A stretch of 64,000 nucleotides of DNA from Polyangiaceae bacterium (GTDB taxonomy: Bacteria; Myxococcota_A; Polyangia; Polyangiales; Polyangiaceae). Position numbers and translations under genes: made by a program. The notes under the pieces were generated by a model. It had not been told where the DNA came from and made no database searches. It saw only the letters and a program-made list of their open reading frames with translations. This document shows, one piece after another, positions 1 through 8,704 of this stretch; the stretch's first letter is position 1, and each line of letters opens with the position of its first letter. The stretch lies in assembly GCA_044376115.1 (NCBI GenBank), contig JBILLK010000029.1, forward strand, positions 1 to 64,000. The letters run 5' to 3'.

Positions 1-72
1 GAATGACTCGGGCCTTCTCCGGAAAAAACGGCCGTAGGCCCCATTGGACCTTTGACTTGGCACGAGTCATTC
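1..72. repeat. Inverted-repeat (REP/MITE-like) element, probably cut by the window edge
   Basis: GAATGACTCG (1-10) is the exact reverse complement of CGAGTCATTC (63-72); GCC/GGC extend the stem; lies just past the stop of the gene at 93-635. Confidence 0.55.
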
Positions 73-92
73 CGTTTAGGCCAGCCGCCGCG

Positions 93-635
93 TTACTTCA
101 GCGCGCCCATCTTCTTCAGCGCGGCCTTGAGCTTCTCGACGTCTTTGATCTCCACCGCGGCCATCTCGGCGCCTTGGCCATCGAAGCGCGCGCTCTTGAA
201 GCTTTCATCGCCATCGCAGAAGCCGAGCATGCCGAGCTGCTTACCCTTGTCGCCTTGGAAGGCGATCTTGGTCGGCGTCAGACACTTCGCCCCGAAGCCT
301 TTGCTGAGGGTTTGATCGCCACCAATGGCCGCCAGGATCCCGGCGATGTCCTTCTTGTCCGAGGTCATCACGCCCATCGGCCCGGAGAGCTTGCTGAGCG
401 CCATCACCGTCGTCGTCTCTTTGAGCACGTCTTTGAGCGCGGTCCCCGGCAAAGCCGGTGCGCTGGCGCTCGCTTCGCTCGTCGCGCTCGGAGCAGGACG
501 CGCGCTTTGCGTCGCAGCGGGCGCGGAGCTCGCTTTGGCCGACGCCGAGCCGGAGGCCGACGAAGGAGTCGAATCTCCGCAAGCAAGCAGCAACAGAGAA
601 CCGAGCAAAGAGGCAAATCGGGCGTGCACGTTCAT
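93..635 (-). CDS. Hypothetical lipoprotein
   Basis: Lipobox LLLAC, Ser/Ala linker, globular C-terminal part. Confidence 0.8.
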   Translation of the reverse strand: MNVHARFASLLGSLLLLACGDSTPSSASGSASAKASSAPAATQSARPAPSATSEASASAPALPGTALKDVLKETTTVMALSKLSGPMGVMTSDKKDIAGILAAIGGDQTLSKGFGAKCLTPTKIAFQGDKGKQLGMLGFCDGDESFKSARFDGQGAEMAAVEIKDVEKLKAALKKMGALK

Positions 636-726
636 AGGACGCGGGAGCTTATGCGACAGCAGGGCCCGTGTCGCTGGGCGCGCGCGAGCAGACGGTTAGT
701 AAGGTGGCCGAGCCGAGGAGCTCACC

Positions 727-1674
727 CTAGGACGCGAGCTGCTTCAACCCATGCGCCAAGCCGCCTCCAGCCATAGGCGACACTGGCGCGGCGTAGTTCC
801 TACCGAAGAGCCAATCCAGAAGCTGACGAGCGATCTGCCCGCCGCACTCGAAGTCGAACCGACTAAGGATTGGCCGCGAGGTGATGTCGAGGAAAGCCAA
901 CTCGCCGGTCGCAGGGTCTGTCTTGAAGTCAACCGCAGCGAGGTCAAACTCAAGCTCTCGCGCGAGCTTTCGGCACGCCATTGCGACGTGCGCAGCGTCC
1001 TCCTCAAAGCTCTCCCAATGTTCGATGTTCACTGGTGCAGACGCACGCGCGTAGAGCACAGAAGAACGAAGCCTGAAGGCCGTGATGTTGGAGCCAACCA
1101 GGTAGACTCTGGTCTCGGGGCTCGTGAGCTTTTCTTGCAGGATTGTGGGAGCCCCCAGCGCGCCGTCGGGACCAACGAGGTCGCGTGGTTTTGTCGCGAG
1201 GGGGAGTGGCCCGCCGTGCAAAGGCTTCGCGATTCTGCTGTCGCGTAGAGCCACTATGAGAGCCGGATCATTCGTCACCAAGGTCTCTGGCACCTGCAAT
1301 CCGCAGCGCCGAGCGCGCACGAGAACGTCGAGCTTGTTCGCTGTCGTGGTCAGCGCCTTACGATTGATGACCCTAACTTCTGGATGCGCCAAAGCCCAGC
1401 CAGCCAACGTCGTGGACCACGCCATCGTCCGCTCCGCCGTAGCCGCCGTCGGGCTCACCAGCTGCGAAAAAACATCGGGCAACAGGAAAGCCGCCGTTGG
1501 ACGAATGAGCTTGCCGGCAATGCTCAGCTCGTCCGCCTCGAGGTCCCATGCAATCGTTGGGGAGGCAGTGCTGCTCGTGAGAGCGGGCGTATAAGGCAGC
1601 TCTGCATTCCGTGCGGCCGCGACTAGCATCTCGATCGTCGGATCTTCCGCGCCTCCGGCAATGAGCAAGTTCAC
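727..1674 (-). CDS. ATP-grasp (RimK-like) protein with a degenerate ExN motif
   Basis: NK..VPETLVTND, IAKPLHGG, ILQEKL, ETRVYLVG, AAVDFK; FLDIT where FLEVN is expected. Confidence 0.8.
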   Translation of the reverse strand: MNLLIAGGAEDPTIEMLVAAARNAELPYTPALTSSTASPTIAWDLEADELSIAGKLIRPTAAFLLPDVFSQLVSPTAATAERTMAWSTTLAGWALAHPEVRVINRKALTTTANKLDVLVRARRCGLQVPETLVTNDPALIVALRDSRIAKPLHGGPLPLATKPRDLVGPDGALGAPTILQEKLTSPETRVYLVGSNITAFRLRSSVLYARASAPVNIEHWESFEEDAAHVAMACRKLARELEFDLAAVDFKTDPATGELAFLDITSRPILSRFDFECGGQIARQLLDWLFGRNYAAPVSPMAGGGLAHGLKQLAS

Positions 1675-1989
1675 CGGCCGCTCCTAGCCATGACCGCAAG
1701 CCAAGCTCGGCCTGGTACCGATTCCTTCGAGCGTGATGGGAGAAAGTTGAGGTTCGACACTTCGGGCTACGCTTAAGCAATGGCCGTGCCCAAGGCCTTA
1801 GCCGCGATCCATGGGGAATTGCACGCAACCCAACCGTCCCAGACGAGGATTGCGATCGGATTCTCGAGAAGCCTTTCCAGCTACACGGGACTGGGCGGGG
1901 ACACGCGACCGCTCCGCGAGCGGTGCCCGTCCAGGCAAGAGGTCCCACTACCCAGGAATACCCCTCCCCCGCTCTCGGTTTAGCCGACT

Positions 1990-2370
1990 ATGAGCAGCGT
2001 GCGCGGCGAGGAACGTGTTGCGGCGCTGTCGGGTGCAGCAGCGCTCTCACTCTTACTGATGTGCTCGCCCCGGCACGGCAATCGTACCTCGCATGCCTTC
2101 TACGGCGCCGACGCGATCAAGCATGCCGCCGAGCTGTACCGAGATATCGAGGGCGTGAGCGGTTGCCCGACGCTGAAGGACCTCGTGACGGCGAAGAAGT
2201 TGAGCGACAAGAAGACCGACGACCCGTGGGGACACCCGTATCAGCTCGTGTGCGTTGGCGAGGAGTTCCGCGTCGTTTCGGCGGGCAAAGACGGTCGTTT
2301 CGACAGCGAAGACGACGTCGGCAGCGACTTCACGCAGAGCGACCTCGCGCGGGTGCGGTCGCTCGAGTAG
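1990..2370 (+). CDS. GspG (type II secretion pseudopilin G) C-terminal-domain protein
   Basis: CPTLKDLV...DPWGHPY...VVSAGKDG.FDSEDD motif; N-terminal hydrophobic segment; no other T2SS genes nearby. Confidence 0.7.
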   Translation: MSSVRGEERVAALSGAAALSLLLMCSPRHGNRTSHAFYGADAIKHAAELYRDIEGVSGCPTLKDLVTAKKLSDKKTDDPWGHPYQLVCVGEEFRVVSAGKDGRFDSEDDVGSDFTQSDLARVRSLE

Positions 2371-2428
2371 CCGCGGCCGACGGGGTCAGCACCTGACAGC
2401 AACGACGCAACAACGTAGCCTTGCACGC

Positions 2429-3889
2429 ATGCTTTCACGCGTCCGTTGGCTCACCCTTTCCGCCGTACTTGCGACCACGGCGCAGACGGGCTGCATCCTG
2501 CTCTACAGCGGAGAATCGAGCGGCGGCGAGGGGGGAAACGGCGCGACCGCAGGCAGCGCAGGCGCCGGGGGGATCACCGCCGGCGGTGGCGGCGCCGGCG
2601 GCATCAACGCGGGCGGTGGGGATGCTGGCGCTGGGGGCATCAACGCGGGCGGTGGTGGCGCGGGAGGGCAAGGGCCCTGCACCGAGGAGGGAGCAGCTTA
2701 CTGCGGGCCCGGCAGCACGTGCGCGGCCGACGGCTATTGCACAGTCGTAGCTTCTGCTCCAGCCATGGTCCCTCCGTTCAATCAAGTGGTGTTCGTCGGC
2801 GGCGACAACGGCGGTTATGCGGTGGGGTACTCCGCGCCAGCCGTGGGTGGCTCACACAGCTTTCGCGCTTGGCCGCTCGGGTTCACCCAGAATGCCGACC
2901 CACTTGAGGGCACGGCGACGCTGACGGACCCAGGCGTTGGGTTCATCGCAGCCGGCGGCGCCAACCACGTCTACTACTTTGGCCAGCAGCAGAGCTGCGA
3001 CGGTGATGGTGCTCAGGATAGCTGTGTCACCATCTGCACGATCACGAGCGACGCGATGCTATGTCAGGCCGCCGTACCGCTCACGAATGGTTCACACGTC
3101 AACGGGGCCGTGATGGTGCGCGGCGCTACGCCAATGGATGACAAGGTCTACTTCGCTGAGGCGTACGACTTCTCAACCAAACAGCTGTGGCAGATTCCTC
3201 GCGAGTGCCTCGATGCCCCCGGGCCCCCATGTACCGCCGAGGTTGCCGCCAACTACAACGCCCCCGACAACCTCGATCCGCTGGGCATGGACAGCGATCC
3301 GGTCGATGGCTCGGTATGGTGGAACACCTGGGGAGGCAACGGCCTGACGGGGGCTTGCGTCTACCAGTACCCCGCAATGGATGCCCTTTTACAATGCCTA
3401 CAGACCGTGCCCCCGATTGCCCACCCCAACCGCTTGGCCCTCTCCGCGAACAACGTCTTCGTGGGCAGCTTCAATAGCATCGGCCCGATTCAACGGGTCG
3501 GCCGTTGCGAGGTCGCCGGCCAACACCCGGTCACCGAGTTGAGCGGTGTGGCCTGGCCCGCCGATGCCGATGGTGAATTCTTGTATGCGGCGCGGGTGTC
3601 GGCGCCCAACGAGCTTCGAGTGGTCAACGCCAACACTGGGCAGTTGGTGAAGTCGCTGCTCGCCCAGACCGACATCACCTCGATCGACGCAAGCCACCCC
3701 GACTTTCTGTTCTACGCTGCGGCGGACCGCATTTACCGCTGGCGAAAACCACCGTCCCCGTGTGCCGCCGCGCCGGCTATGTGCGGCAACGGCTGCGTCG
3801 ACGTCGGCGAAGTCTGCGATGACGGCAACGACAACGGAGGGGACGGCTGCAGCGCCACCTGTGAGTGCGAGCTCCCGAGCCCTCCTTGA
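2429..3889 (+). CDS. Secreted or lipid-anchored Cys-rich protein with C-terminal Myxococcus Cys-rich repeat (DUF4215-like)
   Basis: Signal ending TGC, GGAGGINAGG repeats, CGNG.VD.GEVCDDGN...GDGCSATC; start placed at ATG 2429 after a TAGCCT box. Confidence 0.8.
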   Translation: MLSRVRWLTLSAVLATTAQTGCILLYSGESSGGEGGNGATAGSAGAGGITAGGGGAGGINAGGGDAGAGGINAGGGGAGGQGPCTEEGAAYCGPGSTCAADGYCTVVASAPAMVPPFNQVVFVGGDNGGYAVGYSAPAVGGSHSFRAWPLGFTQNADPLEGTATLTDPGVGFIAAGGANHVYYFGQQQSCDGDGAQDSCVTICTITSDAMLCQAAVPLTNGSHVNGAVMVRGATPMDDKVYFAEAYDFSTKQLWQIPRECLDAPGPPCTAEVAANYNAPDNLDPLGMDSDPVDGSVWWNTWGGNGLTGACVYQYPAMDALLQCLQTVPPIAHPNRLALSANNVFVGSFNSIGPIQRVGRCEVAGQHPVTELSGVAWPADADGEFLYAARVSAPNELRVVNANTGQLVKSLLAQTDITSIDASHPDFLFYAAADRIYRWRKPPSPCAAAPAMCGNGCVDVGEVCDDGNDNGGDGCSATCECELPSPP

Positions 3890-3970
3890 TCACGCGCTTT
3901 CGGCGGCCGCTCGTGGGCTCATCGTGACGCGCGCCATCAACACAGCGCGCGTCCACGTGGACCTCAGCCT

Positions 3971-4342
3971 TCAGCCCATGCCGTAGAAGAACTCTTCTTT
4001 GACGATCTTCCCGTCCTTCACGGTGAAGAGCCCAACCTCGTCCATGCTGACACGCTTGTTGGCCTGCTTGATCGTAACGTCCATGACGAAGCGAACGATG
4101 AAGCGATCATCGTGAGGATAGGGGCCGTTCACCTCGATCTTGTGGACCTCATGGTTCTCGGCCCACCACTTGCCTTTGGCCTTGATCGCCTCGAGCCCGG
4201 TCGCCGTGCGCTCCATCCCGGAGCCCGGAGCAACGCCGGCCTCGACACTGACGGCGTCCGCGGCAAACAGCTGATCGAGACACGCATCGAACTGACCAGC
4301 TTGGCAAAGCTCGACGTACTTGTTGGCAATATCCTTGGACAT
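3971..4342 (-). CDS. SnoaL/NTF2-like protein
   Basis: DAVSVE, GLEAIKAKGKWW, MDEVGLFTVKDGKIVKEEFFY. Confidence 0.85.
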   Translation of the reverse strand: MSKDIANKYVELCQAGQFDACLDQLFAADAVSVEAGVAPGSGMERTATGLEAIKAKGKWWAENHEVHKIEVNGPYPHDDRFIVRFVMDVTIKQANKRVSMDEVGLFTVKDGKIVKEEFFYGMG

Positions 4343-4432
4343 GAAACGCTCCTACCGGCGCGACCTTCGCGCAAAGCGACCATACGGCCAACGCGCGCCA
4401 CCGCTAGCGCACAAATGACCCGGCCGAATCAT

Positions 4433-4454
4433 ACCTGACATACAGCTGACAGGT
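4433..4454. promoter_or_regulatory. Candidate transcription-factor operator (imperfect palindrome)
   Basis: ACCTGACA-N6-TGACAGGT (one mismatch), about 90 bp upstream of the SnoaL-like gene. Confidence 0.4.
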
Positions 4455-4511
4455 TATCCGCCCCTTTGTCGGCCGGCAGCCCCCGCTTTCTTCCGCCGGC
4501 GCGCCGATGCG

Positions 4512-5324
4512 TCAGCCAACCGTACCGACGACAGGCCGCGGCGCACATTCGTCGAGCAGGTCCTCAGGGCTGCATTTATCGATATGGCCGAGCAATCGCT
4601 TGTAAAGGCCAAAGCCTGCGAGCTTACGCAGCCGCGGAGAGAATCCGCGCGCGACCTCGAGCGGAATCCCGAGCTGTTGATTCTCCTGTTGGCGAATCCA
4701 GCCGGCGCAATAGTTCATCGCGATGCCCAGCCGCGTCTCGCTCGAGCGATTCGCGCCGCCGCCGTGCCAGAGGCTACCGTTGTAGACGAGCACGCTGCCT
4801 CGCTTCATCACGGCGGGCAGCGTCGCCGTATCGCCGAACGGCTCGGGCGGCGTTGCGGCGGTGTGAGAACCCGGCACCACGCGAGTCGCGCCATTCTCTT
4901 CGGTGAAGTCGGTGATCGCCCACATCGTGTTGCAGACGATGGGCACGTGCGGACGGGGCAGCGGCAAGAGCTGGTCATCGGCGTGGAGCGGCTGCGCCAC
5001 TTCGCCGGGTGCGATGGCGATCGACGAAAGCGATGAGACCAGGCAACCGCGATCGAGCACGCGCTCCACGAGCGGCAACACCGCAGCGTGCTCGGCCACC
5101 CGTTCGAAGACTTTGCTGCGTGCGAGCAGGTTGTAGATCCGCGTGGTCCGCGTGCCCTCGAAGATGTTCTGCGCGGGGACGACGCCGAGCTCTGCAGTCA
5201 GCCGCGCAACCTCGTTCGCGAGTGCAGCGAGCAGTTCGGACTCGATCACGCCTTCGAGAACGGTGAAACCGCGCTCGGCCACTTCGGAGACGTGTTGTTC
5301 GAGTGCGGCGTTGCTCAGGCTCAT
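4512..5324 (-). CDS. Phytanoyl-CoA dioxygenase (PhyH) family 2OG-Fe(II) oxygenase
   Basis: QPLHAD, WAITDFTEENGATRVVPGSH, LWHGGGAN...R; start at ATG 5324. Confidence 0.9.
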   Translation of the reverse strand: MSLSNAALEQHVSEVAERGFTVLEGVIESELLAALANEVARLTAELGVVPAQNIFEGTRTTRIYNLLARSKVFERVAEHAAVLPLVERVLDRGCLVSSLSSIAIAPGEVAQPLHADDQLLPLPRPHVPIVCNTMWAITDFTEENGATRVVPGSHTAATPPEPFGDTATLPAVMKRGSVLVYNGSLWHGGGANRSSETRLGIAMNYCAGWIRQQENQQLGIPLEVARGFSPRLRKLAGFGLYKRLLGHIDKCSPEDLLDECAPRPVVGTVG

Positions 5325-5371
5325 AGCGCAAGACGGTAGCGCAAAAGCCGTGGGTTCGCGGCTCTGGATCG

Positions 5372-6007
5372 CTAAATGGTGGGCACCGACAGGTCGCGCA
5401 CGAAGCGGGTCTTCGGGTCGAAGCTCATCGGCGTCGCATCCTTCTCGGCATCCGACCAACCGGGCGTCACCTCGACGTTTGGGTGATAACGCGCTTCATC
5501 GCTACCGCTATATCCCGGAGCACCGAGCGGCCTCACCAGTAACACGCGTTGCTCGAGCGGTAGCTTCGCCCCGTCGACCTCCGGCAGCTGGGCCAAGAAC
5601 CCCGCTGCATCAAACACAAACTTGAACGGCTTCAACTCCGCTTCGTCGTCGTCCTCCTCATCCTCCTCGGTTGCATCCACCGCGTCCGCTTTGCCCTTGG
5701 CGAGGTACACGCGCGAGATCGCGCCGTCCAAGTCACCTGCTAACGCCTCAGCCGCTTGCTCGAAGCTCAGCTGCTGCTTCGCGATCGCAACGCTGACGAA
5801 CGGCTTGGCGCTGGAGAAGGAGGCCGCAGCGCCGTCCTCCACGAGCCAGGCCCCAAGGACGTCGGCGACCAGCACATTGCTGCGCGGCGCGCGGAAGAAC
5901 TTTGTCATCGCAGCCAGCAGCTCTTTGCGCGTACCACCGACGAACACCTCAGCCATGCTGAAGTTGTTGTTGATTAGGAAGCTGCACTGAAAGGCCCAGA
6001 AGCGCAT
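5372..6007 (-). CDS. Hypothetical protein
   Basis: 211 aa ORF with protein-like composition and an acidic stretch; fills the gap between genes. Confidence 0.65.
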   Translation of the reverse strand: MRFWAFQCSFLINNNFSMAEVFVGGTRKELLAAMTKFFRAPRSNVLVADVLGAWLVEDGAAASFSSAKPFVSVAIAKQQLSFEQAAEALAGDLDGAISRVYLAKGKADAVDATEEDEEDDDEAELKPFKFVFDAAGFLAQLPEVDGAKLPLEQRVLLVRPLGAPGYSGSDEARYHPNVEVTPGWSDAEKDATPMSFDPKTRFVRDLSVPTI

Positions 6008-6035
6008 ACGGATCGTTAACGTTGAGCGAGAGACG

Positions 6036-6149
6036 GTGCAACGGGTTGCAGCTCACAAGCGGTCTGCGCTGCGGCCAACGAGCAGTCTGCGCTGCGGCCA
6101 AACGTCGAGCGCGCCGATGGTCCCAGCGCATGAGGCCTGCGTGCTAGCG
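6036..6149 (+). other. Decayed attC-like imperfect hairpin with an internal 17-bp direct repeat
   Basis: GTGCAAC...GCAGCTCA left arm, TGAGGCCTGC..GCTAGCG right arm with unpaired bases; GTCTGCGCTGCGGCCAA at 6062 and 6085. Confidence 0.3.
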
Positions 6150-6157
6150 TGCAAGCC

Positions 6158-6811
6158 ATGTTGGTCCTTCGCGCCTCGGTGCTGCTGCTCTGTGCCTCGT
6201 TCACCGCCTGCGCCGGCTCGTCGGCAGCGCCGGACCAATCGCAGCCCTCCGCCGATGCAGCCGCAACAGCGCTGCAAAGCGCCGCACCAGCGCAAAGCAG
6301 CGATGCACAGAGCGGCGATGCGAAAGCACCGTCCTCCGCACCTCCCCTCGCCTCTGCGAGCGCAGCTCCAGCGGTCGAGCCGCTCGGCGTTTGCGATCCG
6401 GCCAAGCGCAAAGAAGCGCTGGCCGCCTTGAACCAAGCCACGCCCTTCCTCGAGCAGCTGCGCCGCGAGCAACACCCGAGCAAAGAGGAGTGGGAGCGCA
6501 ACATGGCTGCGCTGCTGTTCGCCGCCGAGGCGGGCCTCCTCGAGGCGCAGTATCAATACGGAAAGGCGCTGTTTGGCGCGCGCTTTGGCAAGCAAGCGCC
6601 GCAGAAGGAGGAAGAGGCCGACTACGTGCGAGCGCTGCAATTCGTCCGCGCAGCCGCGGTCCGCGGGCACGAGCCGTCGAAGGCGCTCTTCCCGGAATTG
6701 GCGGAGACCAAGCTGCCCTCCAAGCTCGCGATGCCCTTGCAAGACGTCCCCCGTGCCTGGGTCGTCAAAGCGGTGAAGAACGCCGACGAGTGGGTGGCGA
6801 AGTGTCGCTAG
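6158..6811 (+). CDS. Lipoprotein with a Sel1-like repeat
   Basis: Lipobox FTAC; AAEAGLLEAQYQYG...AAVRGH pattern. Confidence 0.75.
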   Translation: MLVLRASVLLLCASFTACAGSSAAPDQSQPSADAAATALQSAAPAQSSDAQSGDAKAPSSAPPLASASAAPAVEPLGVCDPAKRKEALAALNQATPFLEQLRREQHPSKEEWERNMAALLFAAEAGLLEAQYQYGKALFGARFGKQAPQKEEEADYVRALQFVRAAAVRGHEPSKALFPELAETKLPSKLAMPLQDVPRAWVVKAVKNADEWVAKCR

Positions 6812-6956
6812 GCCGCGAGGATGGGACCTCCCACTTCGACCACCGATCCCCAGGCCCATGACGATCCCAGAGCCGTGCCGACGCCGACCCAAAGCGTCCG
6901 GCGCGGTTCGGCTCTCCACGCGTCACACTCTCGTTCCCGCAAACGACCAACCGCTG

Positions 6957-7829
6957 ATGCACCGTAGCGCCCTCCTCTTCACGACGACCCTCGTGCTCGC
7001 CTGCGAGGCGCCGGCGCGAGCCCCGAGTTCATCCGCGCCCTCCACCGATCTCCCAGCGGACGCGGCGGTTCGCGTCGGCGCGCCGGAGCCATCCGCCGCG
7101 GTTTCCGCGCTCGCACCCGCGGTTTCCGCGCTCGCGAGCACGGCTTCGAGTGGCCGCGCGGCGAGCGCTGCGGCCCCCATTCACGAACAAACCGCGCAAC
7201 CACCCCAAGCACCGGCCACGGTGGAGCGGCTCGAGATCGCCGGCGGCCCAACGACGAGCATCGTCCGTGCACGCGACGGCAAGCCTCCGCGCATCGTGTT
7301 CTTTCCCGGCATCTGCTCGAACGCGGGGGCCTACCTTCACGGTTTCACTGAGGCCGCGGCTACGCACGGCGGCGCCCTCGCGATCGACGGCGAGAAGCCG
7401 TGCGGCGCATCGGGGGACTTCCACTCGATCTCCTCGGACCCGGTACGCGAGGAGAAGCGCCTGGACGCTGCGCTCGACGCAGCGGGGGTTCCGCTAGAGC
7501 AGCGCAGCGAGCTGCTCCACGTCGGCTACTCGCTCGGTGCCACGCTGCTCGAGAACCTGGTGAAGAAGGACCCGGCGCGTTACCGGCACGTCGTGCTGAT
7601 CGGCTCGCCGAAGGACCCACGCAAAGACCGGCTCGAGAAGGCCACCACCGTGGCCACGATGTCGTGCTCCCTCGACGTCCCCCAGCGCATGAAGGGCGCG
7701 GTCCGCATGCTCGAGCAGGCCGGCGTCCGCGCGAAGTACTTCGAGATGCCCGGCTGCACCCACGGCAACTTGGCCGACGGAGACGCCGTGTTCGGCGACG
7801 TGTTCACCTGGCTGCGGAAAGCGCCGTAG
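6957..7829 (+). CDS. Alpha/beta-hydrolase lipoprotein
   Basis: Lipobox VLAC, GYSLG nucleophile elbow, C-terminal His in CTHG. Confidence 0.75.
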   Translation: MHRSALLFTTTLVLACEAPARAPSSSAPSTDLPADAAVRVGAPEPSAAVSALAPAVSALASTASSGRAASAAAPIHEQTAQPPQAPATVERLEIAGGPTTSIVRARDGKPPRIVFFPGICSNAGAYLHGFTEAAATHGGALAIDGEKPCGASGDFHSISSDPVREEKRLDAALDAAGVPLEQRSELLHVGYSLGATLLENLVKKDPARYRHVVLIGSPKDPRKDRLEKATTVATMSCSLDVPQRMKGAVRMLEQAGVRAKYFEMPGCTHGNLADGDAVFGDVFTWLRKAP

Positions 7830-7867
7830 CGCGCGGCCATCCACAAGGGCTATCGTGGAGGGCTACC

Positions 7868-8689
7868 ATGAAATCAATCCACCCTCGGGTCATCGCTCTT
7901 GTCACCGCGCTCTTCGCTGCTGCGCCTGCTGCGGCTTATGCCGAGGCACCTGCGGCGGCCAAGGCTGAGGCGCTACCCACCGCGCGCACCGAGGGCCTTT
8001 CCTTTTCGGTCGACGGCGATGCGCTCGTGCTCAAGGAGCAGAGCAGCGGCAAGATTTCGCGCCTTCACGTGATCGCAGCGGCTGTTTATTCGCTCTCGGA
8101 CGGCAAGACCTCGCCCGCCGCCATGCGTGACAAGCTAGTCGAACTCACCGGCTACGTTGGTAGCGATGAGCTGGTCTTCGCCGCCCTCGACGCCCTGGCC
8201 GACGCGAAGTTGTTGCAAGCCCGCGTTACTCCCCCGGGCACCTCGCCGCTCGAGTTGGTCGTCGCGCCCGACGGCACGCTCGGCTCGGAGCTCGTGACGG
8301 CCGCCTCCGCCGAGGCCCAAAAGGCAGCCGGCGCGAACGCCGAAGAGACCCGCAAGAAGAACCTCGCCAACGAGGCCGCTGCCAAGTCAACCAACCGCGC
8401 CCGCTTCAAGTCGGAGGAAAACGCCAAGCAGGCCGACAAGAGCGTCAACGAGCTTGCCACCGCGCGCAAGCAAGCCCGCAAAGTGCGCGACGAACGTTTG
8501 CTGAAGCGAGACGTCGCTCACAAGGAGGATGCCAAAGTGAAGGGCGAAGCCGCGCGCAAGGATGATGCGATGAAGGCCTATGAGGGGGCGCACACGGCGG
8601 CCAAAGCAGCCGCCAGTGGTGAGGCCATCCGGCGCCGCAAGCTTGAGATGGAGAAGAAGCAGCAGCACGAGTCGGCGGAAAAGAAGTAG
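7868..8689 (+). CDS. Signal-peptide protein with a PqqD/RRE-like domain and a charged (E/D)xxxK-repeat tail; candidate RiPP-like precursor
   Basis: GGAG before ATG 7868; AYA signal cleavage site; aa 37-116 match the RRE pattern (L..AAAVYSLSDGKTS...LVFAALDALADAKLL); Ala/Glu/Lys-rich tail. Confidence 0.75.
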   Translation: MKSIHPRVIALVTALFAAAPAAAYAEAPAAAKAEALPTARTEGLSFSVDGDALVLKEQSSGKISRLHVIAAAVYSLSDGKTSPAAMRDKLVELTGYVGSDELVFAALDALADAKLLQARVTPPGTSPLELVVAPDGTLGSELVTAASAEAQKAAGANAEETRKKNLANEAAAKSTNRARFKSEENAKQADKSVNELATARKQARKVRDERLLKRDVAHKEDAKVKGEAARKDDAMKAYEGAHTAAKAAASGEAIRRRKLEMEKKQQHESAEKK

Positions 8690-8704
8690 TCCGCGCGCTA
8701 TTCC

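Noticed and set aside
57..73. TTGGCACG as a sigma-54 promoter
   Set aside because: The -12 position reads ATTC rather than TTGC, and the sequence is one arm of an inverted repeat.
1780..1983. 67-aa ORF after a TACGCT box as a precursor for the ATP-grasp at 727-1674
   Set aside because: Divergent from the enzyme, no leader or core motifs, coding status unsupported.
1990..2370. Type II secretion operon
   Set aside because: Lone GspG-like domain without a prepilin cleavage motif or other gsp genes.
6062..6101. 17-bp direct repeat as a CRISPR remnant
   Set aside because: Only two copies, 6-nt spacer, no cas genes.
7096..7135. 21-bp tandem duplication (AVSALA x2)
   Set aside because: Ordinary low-complexity linker expansion in a lipoprotein.
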